A stretch of 64,000 nucleotides of DNA from Candidatus Kerfeldbacteria bacterium. GTDB lineage: Bacteria > Patescibacteriota > Patescibacteriia > SBBC01. A program made the position numbers and the translations under genes. The stretch spans positions 1,706-65,705 of the forward strand of contig JACQPY010000012.1 of NCBI GenBank assembly GCA_016207275.1. The letters run 5' to 3'. This document shows, piece by piece, positions 56,909 through 64,000 of the stretch (the stretch's first letter is position 1; the number at the start of each line of letters is the position of its first letter). The notes under the pieces are model-generated. The model was given only the letters and a program-made list of their open reading frames with translations, ran no database searches and was not told the origin of the DNA.

Positions 56909-58749
56909 CGGAATTTCTTCACGACACGGACAATTGCTTGACTGTCAATGCCTTGGAAACGAAGCTGCTCCTCCGATTTGCCGCTCCTTGGGATTTTTGT
57001 GACCGCCAACGAGATGACGGTTCCGGCCAGCGGACCGAGCGCGCTGCGGACTGCCTCAGCCATGCCACCGGCCGGGTGGTGGTCCTCGACCGTGATCAGA
57101 TGTTTCGTCTCTCGCGCTGCCTGTCGTAGAGTGTTCGAATCGATCGGCTTGATGCTGTAGAGATCAATGACGCGGACATTAATCTTGCGTTTGGCTAATT
57201 CTTGGGCGGCTTTAAGCGCCTGGTGGAGAGTGATGCCAGCCGCAATAATGGTCGCACGGTCATGGTTACTTTTTCGCAGTATCGTACTTCCGCCGATCGT
57301 GAAGCGCGTGGTTGGTTTGTAAATGACCGGGGTGACACCTCGGGTGGCTCGAACATAGACTATGCCGCGCGCTTTCAAAGCACGCTCCACCAGACGTTCC
57401 ATCGAGATGGCATCCGACGGATAGAGCACCACTGAATCTTGGAGCGTTCGGAACATGGCGATGTCCTCTAGTCCCATCTGCGAAGCGCCATCCTCGCCTA
57501 TGGAAACCCCAACGTGGGTGCCGACGAACACGAGGTGCTGCTGGCTGTACTGCGCCATGCGGAGCTGGTCAAAGGCGCGGGTGAAAAAGGCGGCAAAGGT
57601 TGAGACCACCGGCAATTTACCTCGGGTGGCCAACCCCAGGGCCGTTCCCACCAAATTCTGTTCAGCAATGTACGATTGGATGAATTTTTTGGGGAATCGT
57701 TCGGCCAAAAGTTCGGTGAAAGTCGAATTCTTGACCTCGCCGTCGAGCACCATCAAGTTCGGGAAGGCCGGGGCGAGACGGACCAGCGCCTGGCCAAAGG
57801 CCTTACGCGTGGCGATCGCGTCATTCATTTTATACCGAAGCTCCTTAGCTGGTTTGCGAAGCGCCAGGGTCGGTCGGCGTTTCTCCGGAAGCTCAATGAC
57901 GGCGTGAAGTTTAGTGTTAATCGGCCCTAGTTCAGTTAGTGCAGTTTTTAGCTCCTCGGTGTTTAGAGCCTTGCCATGCCAGCCTTCTTTGTTTTCGAGA
58001 AACGATACGCCCTTGCCTTTGAGCGTTTTGGCAACGATCATGGTTGGTTTGTTTCTCGTGTTCGAAGCGCTGGCGTAGGCGCCGAGAACCTGTGACAAAT
58101 CGTGACCGTCAATGGCGATTGTCCGCCAGCCGAAACCGCCGACCCGCCGTTCGTACGCCCGAAGGTCGTGGCCAAGCATGGTTGGGCCGGACTGGCCTAA
58201 TTTATTGACGTCAAGAATAGCAGTTAGATTATCAAGGCGGTTAAACGATGCGAACTGAATGGCTTCCCAAATTGAACCTTCGGCCATTTCGCTGTCGCCG
58301 AGCAAGACGTATGTTCGGTATGGCAGCCGATCTAACTTAGCGGCCAGCGCCATACCCACGCCGACTGACAAACCTTGGCCGAGCGAACCGGTCGGGAATT
58401 CGGTGTAGGGGAATCTCGGCATCGGATGGCCTTCCAACCGACTACCGAATTTTCGAAGGCGCAGCAGTTCGCTCGGTTTGATTCGGCCAACCGCAGCGTA
58501 GAGTGCGTAAAGCAACGGAGCGGCATGTCCTTTGGAAAAGATTAAACGGTCGTTGTTGGGATTGTGCGGCCGGTTGAGATCTGATCGGAACGCGCCGCCA
58601 AACATTAAACCAACCATTAATTCCACGGCCGAGAGCGACGACGTCGGATGGCCAGAACCGGCAGCCGTGGTTGAGCGAAGGATATGAGAACGGACAAGTC
58701 GGGCGAGTGCCTTGAGGTGGTCCTGGGTTGTTGAAATTTTTTCTTTCAT
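56905..58749 (-). CDS. tkt: transketolase (fused N and C domains)
   Basis: GSGHPTSSLS, SKGHAAP, GSLGQGL, GDSEMAEG, IAEQN, GEDGASQ; probable ATG at 58749. Confidence 0.96.
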   Translation of the reverse strand: MKEKISTTQDHLKALARLVRSHILRSTTAAGSGHPTSSLSAVELMVGLMFGGAFRSDLNRPHNPNNDRLIFSKGHAAPLLYALYAAVGRIKPSELLRLRKFGSRLEGHPMPRFPYTEFPTGSLGQGLSVGVGMALAAKLDRLPYRTYVLLGDSEMAEGSIWEAIQFASFNRLDNLTAILDVNKLGQSGPTMLGHDLRAYERRVGGFGWRTIAIDGHDLSQVLGAYASASNTRNKPTMIVAKTLKGKGVSFLENKEGWHGKALNTEELKTALTELGPINTKLHAVIELPEKRRPTLALRKPAKELRYKMNDAIATRKAFGQALVRLAPAFPNLMVLDGEVKNSTFTELLAERFPKKFIQSYIAEQNLVGTALGLATRGKLPVVSTFAAFFTRAFDQLRMAQYSQQHLVFVGTHVGVSIGEDGASQMGLEDIAMFRTLQDSVVLYPSDAISMERLVERALKARGIVYVRATRGVTPVIYKPTTRFTIGGSTILRKSNHDRATIIAAGITLHQALKAAQELAKRKINVRVIDLYSIKPIDSNTLRQAARETKHLITVEDHHPAGGMAEAVRSALGPLAGTVISLAVTKIPRSGKSEEQLRFQGIDSQAIVRVVKKFR

Positions 58750-58754
58750 TATCC

Positions 58755-59594
58755 TTAAGTATGGCACATTATCCGTCGTTCTTCGAGCCACCGAAGTAGC
58801 CTTTCCAGCGGCCAGGTGTTGATCACTCGTGATGCCGGAAAGCGTTGTTGCTGGAGTTGCCTAATGACCGGAATCGAGCTTAGTGAACCGCTGGCAATGG
58901 TCTGTTCACGGATCATGTTGCCGTGAATGTCGGAACCAAGGCTGATCAGCACCCCGCTTCGTACAATCGAGGTTATCAGCTCGGCTCCGAAGGGGTTTCT
59001 AAGATTGAGCTCAAAGGCAATTTCGAACTCGGTACAGAGTTGTAACAGTTGGCGGTATTGTGGCAGGGTGGCCGGTACGACGTAGCGCGTCGGGTGGCCG
59101 AGGATGTTGACCGGGCAATGGACAAAAAGATGTTGCAGCCGTCGGAGAGTTTCGTCCATGCGCCATTCCGTAGAATTGCCGTGTCGGGAAGCAATGACGA
59201 CTGAGAGCGAACAGAGAGTTTCTTTGGTTACATCGACATCGCCAGAAGCCAAGAGACTGGCCTCCACGCCGGCCAGAAGCACAGGCCCGGTTGGCCCGGC
59301 CTCGTTCCTGACTCGTTCAATGATATCTTTGTGTTCTCGGACAAGTTTTTCGGATGAGGCCGTTGGGGGTTCGGGAGCAAGCGGGTTGGTGGCATGATTG
59401 ACGATGGCCAAGTACTCGTATTCGCGCTTCGAAAGATAGGATCGCATTTCTTCAATCGCGCCTACGCCGCAGGTCTGGCCGTATTCAACCGGATCCCCTG
59501 ATTTGTGACTGTCGCAGATCGTGTGCTGGGCGTGGACATGGAGATCGCCACGAATCTGCCACGGTGAGCGAGTGGGCATAGCGGAGCGGTTCAA
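58755..59594 (-). CDS. PHP domain hydrolase/phosphatase
   Basis: GDLHVH, AIVNHA, AGVEA, ILGHP, AFELN, LGSDIH. Confidence 0.82.
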   Translation of the reverse strand: MNRSAMPTRSPWQIRGDLHVHAQHTICDSHKSGDPVEYGQTCGVGAIEEMRSYLSKREYEYLAIVNHATNPLAPEPPTASSEKLVREHKDIIERVRNEAGPTGPVLLAGVEASLLASGDVDVTKETLCSLSVVIASRHGNSTEWRMDETLRRLQHLFVHCPVNILGHPTRYVVPATLPQYRQLLQLCTEFEIAFELNLRNPFGAELITSIVRSGVLISLGSDIHGNMIREQTIASGSLSSIPVIRQLQQQRFPASRVINTWPLERLLRWLEERRIMCHT

Positions 59595-59712
59595 TCAACT
59601 ACCAATCCGGCACCAGTTCGAAAATGAGTGAAAACCTGTCTTGAGTGCATCGAAGGGCGGGCTTTTCTCCCACCATCATCAGACCATTTAAAACTATAGC
59701 ATAGAGCTACGT

Positions 59713-60240
59713 TCATACAAATGATTTTCCGCTCTCTTCTTTGATACATTTTTCGCAGGGTTTATCGAGATGACGGAGAGTAAAGATGATGGAAATGAGC
59801 ATAAACACTATGGCAACTAGCACTACGTACCAACGGTACTGGATGATTGTCAACACAGTACCAAAACCGAGGAAGCCAAGAATCGCCGCAACACACGACG
59901 AGCATGCCGCAGATGCCAGGATCGCCGCGAGTGTGGCTGAAGCCCCGCCTGCACCAGCCTTGCCGATTGCTTGCCACCGCTTGCCTCCCCGGTGGCGGCG
60001 GAAGAGTTCAATCTGGATCACGGTGAATAATGAAGCAAGAAGCGCCAGTCCGGCCATGAGGACATAGTCTCGGTCCGTGAAGATGCTCAATTGGAACGCG
60101 AGACTGTTACCTGGGATGGTCAGGACGGGGATGCCGACGAACACCATGTACCACCCCACGGTCAGAAATAACAGAAGCAAAACATTGGTTCTCAATCGGA
60201 AGATGCGCGCTATCGTCTTAGTAAGGGCCATGTTAAACAA
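59713..60240 (-). CDS. membrane protein with CxxC motifs
   Basis: 4 TM; ASAACSSC; C-terminal CEKC. Confidence 0.75.
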   Translation of the reverse strand: MFNMALTKTIARIFRLRTNVLLLLFLTVGWYMVFVGIPVLTIPGNSLAFQLSIFTDRDYVLMAGLALLASLFTVIQIELFRRHRGGKRWQAIGKAGAGGASATLAAILASAACSSCVAAILGFLGFGTVLTIIQYRWYVVLVAIVFMLISIIFTLRHLDKPCEKCIKEESGKSFV

Positions 60241-60676
60241 CCTTCCGAAAACCGTTCATTCGGTAAATGGCGAATATCAGCAGCGCAATCGAAACCAATG
60301 AGAAGATCGGAGCGACACGACTCAAGAACACGTTGGCGGAAAGTGGCAGGAAGACCGCGATGGCGGGAATACAAGCTGGGCATGCGCCGAAGAACACGCC
60401 GACAAACGAGCCGGTCGCACCGGTTTTGACGCTTCCGACCGGACAGCAGGGTTGCACGGTTTTGTGGTATGTGTAGGTGCCAACGACAGTGCCAGACAAG
60501 AGGGCAATGGTCGGGTACAGATACGTGAGATACGATGAGCTGAGGTAGACGCGAAACCAGTCATCCAGCCCGCGGAGGGGGATGGCCGGCCACAAGAAGA
60601 TGGCTGCCGTGGTTCCCAACGCTGCCAGGACCGGCCAACGATGTCGAAAGATTTTTAGAATGAGGAAATTACTCAT
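60233..60676 (-). CDS. membrane protein with CC and CPAC motifs
   Basis: 4 TM; QPCCP, GACPAC. Confidence 0.72.
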   Translation of the reverse strand: MSNFLILKIFRHRWPVLAALGTTAAIFLWPAIPLRGLDDWFRVYLSSSYLTYLYPTIALLSGTVVGTYTYHKTVQPCCPVGSVKTGATGSFVGVFFGACPACIPAIAVFLPLSANVFLSRVAPIFSLVSIALLIFAIYRMNGFRKVV

Positions 60677-60681
60677 ATCCG

Positions 60682-61239
60682 TTAACCGACGATAGAACGA
60701 ACGAGCTTGAGATACTGTTCGTCGACAATCTGCGTGTTAAAGTCTCGGACAGTGCCATCTCCGTTGAGCAGGTACTTCGAGTCGAGAAATTTAATTTTGC
60801 TGCTGGCTGCCAGTCCGTTGTTCAGTGCCAACCTCCAGGATGGCCTGGCAAATTGTTCTCTCCATCTCCGAAGATCCGACGGTTGTTCCTTAGGATCAAC
60901 AAAGATCACCAGCACGTTGAAGCTTTGGGGCCCCAGTTCATCTTGGAGTTTCGCTACTGCTTCGGCGCCGATCTGGCACGGCGTGCACCAGGTTGCCGTG
61001 AACCAGATGATCGCCGGTTTCCCCTTGAGTGTACCGTTAGAAATTTTCTGTCCGTCAATATCTGTCACGCTAAACTCAGGAAAAGCGTTGTGAGCAGGAG
61101 TATTGACGCTTTGATTCCCGGGTTGATTTGCATTGGCGGAACGGCTAGTCGATCCGCCACGGTAAAAGAAAATGAATCCAATAATTATGAACGGCAAGGC
61201 GCAACAAATTCCGGCAATGGTGATGAATTTTTTCATCAT
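60682..61239 (-). CDS. TlpA/ResA-like membrane-anchored thioredoxin
   Basis: FSVTDIDG, FTATWCTPC. Confidence 0.85.
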   Translation of the reverse strand: MMKKFITIAGICCALPFIIIGFIFFYRGGSTSRSANANQPGNQSVNTPAHNAFPEFSVTDIDGQKISNGTLKGKPAIIWFTATWCTPCQIGAEAVAKLQDELGPQSFNVLVIFVDPKEQPSDLRRWREQFARPSWRLALNNGLAASSKIKFLDSKYLLNGDGTVRDFNTQIVDEQYLKLVRSIVG

Positions 61240-61280
61240 TTATTCATGAAGTCTCGCCACTGATAACACAGGCAATATTT

Positions 61281-62228
61281 TCAATCAACAATTGGGCTGA
61301 TTGTATGGCCGAACATTTTAGAAGCCTGTTCAGTATAATCGGCGATGTTTTCTTTAAAATACGGCGGATGGGATTTTTGAATCTGCCCGATAACGTAATA
61401 ACCAACCGCCATCATCGCCGCGTATCCCGCGTCGGCCGGCAGCGGTACATTCAGTCGATTTTCCGGCTGACCCCACATACGGTTTTCTTCGCCAAAACTT
61501 ACGAAGAGCTCATCGGCCGGCACCACTGTTACGGCGTGCTTCATATATTCGCTCGTTTCAACATCGCGAGCGATTTTTCGGCCAAACAACTCAATAAATT
61601 TGACCTGGAGCATTCTGACAATCTCGGAAAACTGCGGCGGAACGATCAGAAAGTATTTGTCGTAGCGAGAAAAATAAGGCCGGGAGAAGGTGTGTACGTT
61701 CTCCTCAATAAAGCGATACATGTCTGCCGGATTCTCTTTCGTGTAGCCTAATATCATCCCCATATACGTTGAGGTATTGTAGGTGTAGGGCTCGCGGTTT
61801 TTTGGGAAAACGTACTCGTCGTAGGAATGCGCTTGGTCCAATTCTTTGCTGGCTAAGGAATCAGCCGTGTTGGTAATGAGGGTTACATGCTTACCGTATT
61901 GCTTTGCTGTTCTAGCGATAAGCGGGGCATGTTTCCCTCCCGAGGCGGAAACAACTACCATTCCGTCAATGCTGTTAATGTTTTTCAATTTCTCCTCATA
62001 CGTGCTTTCGGAAGCGAAGACAGCGTCAAAATCTTTGAACATGATTCTGCCGGTTGCCTCCGCGTTGCCAGAGCCCACAACAAGCGGCCGGTCATACACG
62101 TCTTTCAATTCAATTTTGGGCAATGGCTCTTTTTGAAAAAGCTCCAGTGCCCCAAGCACCGCTACATCCAAGTCGGGCAAGTTTTCAAGCGTAAAAGTTT
62201 TGAGTTTAGAAATATATTTGACGCTCAT
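61281..62228 (-). CDS. SIS-domain sugar isomerase-like protein
   Basis: VVGSGNA, VVSASGGKH, LITN. Confidence 0.65.
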   Translation of the reverse strand: MSVKYISKLKTFTLENLPDLDVAVLGALELFQKEPLPKIELKDVYDRPLVVGSGNAEATGRIMFKDFDAVFASESTYEEKLKNINSIDGMVVVSASGGKHAPLIARTAKQYGKHVTLITNTADSLASKELDQAHSYDEYVFPKNREPYTYNTSTYMGMILGYTKENPADMYRFIEENVHTFSRPYFSRYDKYFLIVPPQFSEIVRMLQVKFIELFGRKIARDVETSEYMKHAVTVVPADELFVSFGEENRMWGQPENRLNVPLPADAGYAAMMAVGYYVIGQIQKSHPPYFKENIADYTEQASKMFGHTISPIVD

Positions 62229-62325
62229 GGTTTATCATTCCTATTTTTTACCTGCTGACCGCCGAATTGTTCTCGCCGGGCAGATAAAATTTTACCTATA
62301 ACATCTAAGGTGAATCCAGATAAAT

Positions 62326-62985
62326 TCATATATTTTTATGGCTATTGCCGAAACGCCGATAAAATGCGAGGGGCAAGAACGAACTTAAAAGAATAATCAT
62401 TCCGACCCACAGAAACACTGTTTGAAATCCTGCGCGGTCAATCAAAAATCCGCCCAAAGCAGTTGTCCCGGCCACGCCAAAACCAATAATGGTGTTATAA
62501 ATACTCCACTCAAACGCCGCTTGTTGTTTATCAATATGGTGGGTAAAAAGCGCATTCCAAGAAGGGTAGCTTAAGGCGTTGCCTAAACCACAGAAGAAAT
62601 TGGCCAAGAATACGTGCCAAGGAAGAGTACTGAAAGCGAGGACTAAGGGGCACAGAGCAATGACCGCGTAACCGCCCGAAAGAATGCCGACAATCCTGTT
62701 TTCGCTCGACGTTTTATCAACGAACCGGGAAAAAGGAATTTGTAGTGTAGATTTAGTGATCAAAAAAACCATTGAGGCGATGCCAACCACCGTTATCGTC
62801 CCGCCACTAATCCCTTTAGCAACAAACACAGCAACAAAGGGTCCGGCCATGGCAAAAATGGAAGTGAAAAAAAGTTCAGTGCCAATGAGTAGAAAAACAA
62901 GCCTGTTAATAGCGGTCTTTTTGTGAAAGGTGCACGCACCTTCAGGAGACCGCTGACATTCACTTATTGAGGTGAACAGCGGCAT
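62326..62985 (-). CDS. half-size MFS-like transporter
   Basis: 219 aa, about 6 TM; PFSRFVDK, LGGFLIDRAGF. Confidence 0.72.
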   Translation of the reverse strand: MPLFTSISECQRSPEGACTFHKKTAINRLVFLLIGTELFFTSIFAMAGPFVAVFVAKGISGGTITVVGIASMVFLITKSTLQIPFSRFVDKTSSENRIVGILSGGYAVIALCPLVLAFSTLPWHVFLANFFCGLGNALSYPSWNALFTHHIDKQQAAFEWSIYNTIIGFGVAGTTALGGFLIDRAGFQTVFLWVGMIILLSSFLPLAFYRRFGNSHKNI

Positions 62986-63102
62986 GGGGTAGATTGGAGA
63001 ATTTTTAGCAGTGAATTTCTAAACTAACACCCGCAACCGCCCTTTGGATCATCACCATAAATCTGGTCCATAATTCGTTCCTGACTCACCTTTTTAAGGC
63101 CT

Positions 63103-63999
63103 TTATATGCAGCAGGAAAGTTTAGAAATATCTTTGGTAAATGACAAGGCCACCGTTTTGATGGATTCGGAGAGTGTCGGGAACATTGGCAAAGAATTTA
63201 CCACATCATCAATCGTGTTTTTGTTTTTTATGAGCATCATCGCTTCGGCGATTAACTCGCCAGCGTTTGGCGCGAGAATGTGGACGCCCAAGATTTGTTT
63301 TGTTTGCGGATGAATCGCCATTTTGATAAGCCCTTCGGTGCGGCGCATGATAATTGCTTTCGGTATATCCTCAAACGAAACAGTGCGGCAGGCACAAACG
63401 CCCATTTGCTTCATTTGCTCTTCTTCGGTAAAGCCGACCCCGGCAAGCTGGGGATCGGTAAAAATCGTATAGGGCACAGTATGGTAATCAATCGAAAGTG
63501 TTGTGCCTTTTCCGCCAAAGGCGGATCCGCCTTGGGAGGAGAGCGCGTTTTCTGCCGCAAGCGTTCCTTCCCGTCCGGCGGTCGGTTCAAGACGCAGCGG
63601 GCCGTTAGTAACATCGCCAACTGCAAAAACGCTCTTATTGGAAGTTTGGAAATTTTGATTGACGACAACTGCCTGTCGCTTGTCAATTTCAACACCAGCA
63701 ACATCGAGGCCGAGTCCCTGTGTGTTTGGTGTTTTGCCTGCCGCTAGAAGTATCTCATCCGCGGATTCTTCTTCTTGCGTGCCGTTGATAGCGTAAGAAA
63801 TAACTTTTTTGTCGGCCTCCTTGCGCGCACTTTTTACCTCAGCATTTGTTTTGATAACGATTCCTTCTTTGGTAAGTACTTCGGTAAGACGATCGGTAAG
63901 CGTTTTTTCAGAGTGGGGAAAAATTGAAGGCTCGCGCTGTAAAACGGTTACTTTTGTTCCAAAACGCGCGAACATTTGAGCAAACTCCAAGCCAAGCGG
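63103..63999 (-). CDS. merA: mercuric reductase, 5'-partial
   Basis: LGLEFAQ, FAVGDV, FTDPQLAGVG, MFPTLSE, C-terminal LSCCI Cys pair; runs off the window end. Confidence 0.85.
   Translation of the reverse strand, partial: PLGLEFAQMFARFGTKVTVLQREPSIFPHSEKTLTDRLTEVLTKEGIVIKTNAEVKSARKEADKKVISYAINGTQEEESADEILLAAGKTPNTQGLGLDVAGVEIDKRQAVVVNQNFQTSNKSVFAVGDVTNGPLRLEPTAGREGTLAAENALSSQGGSAFGGKGTTLSIDYHTVPYTIFTDPQLAGVGFTEEEQMKQMGVCACRTVSFEDIPKAIIMRRTEGLIKMAIHPQTKQILGVHILAPNAGELIAEAMMLIKNKNTIDDVVNSLPMFPTLSESIKTVALSFTKDISKLSCCI
63511..63540. repeat. 30-bp palindromic element inserted in frame in merA
   Basis: TCCGCCAAAGGCGGATCCGCCTTGGGAGGA encodes SSQGGSAFGG. Confidence 0.75.
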
Positions 64000-64000
64000 G

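Overview
This 64-kb window looks like a Patescibacteria (CPR, Parcubacteria-like) chromosome; that assignment is inferred from gene content, weak Shine-Dalgarno use and short in-frame palindromic insertions. Left part (1-18.4 kb): housekeeping genes rpsO-NYN-pnp-cmk, lspA, comM/yifB, a four-helix-bundle gene, PMM/PGM, a LysM-M23 peptidase, leuS with two insertions, tsaC, an MFS transporter and rsmA. Centre (18.5-51.2 kb): a co-oriented locus of about 33 kb. It holds three giant secreted proteins (1916 and 1546 aa, Cys-rich; 1718 aa, Ig/BNR-rich) followed by a monoderm-conjugation-like type IV secretion module: VirB6/TrbL-like, PrgI, VirB4-like ATPase, VirB8-like, and two VirB2-like pilin-domain fusion proteins, one of which carries a lytic transglycosylase. 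No relaxase or coupling protein was recognised in the window. Right part (minus strand): recG preceded by a non-oxidative pentose-phosphate cluster (PHP-tkt-tal-ROK-rpiB-rpe), then a lower-GC block with a partial merA, MFS, SIS protein, thioredoxin and two Cys-motif membrane proteins. Scattered through the window are TTAGG/TAAGG-type short-repeat tracts, nested palindromic elements, an IS605-type MITE and a gene-replacement scar. No rRNA, tRNA, CRISPR array or reverse transcriptase was recognised. All calls come from motif recognition by eye; no database searches were run.
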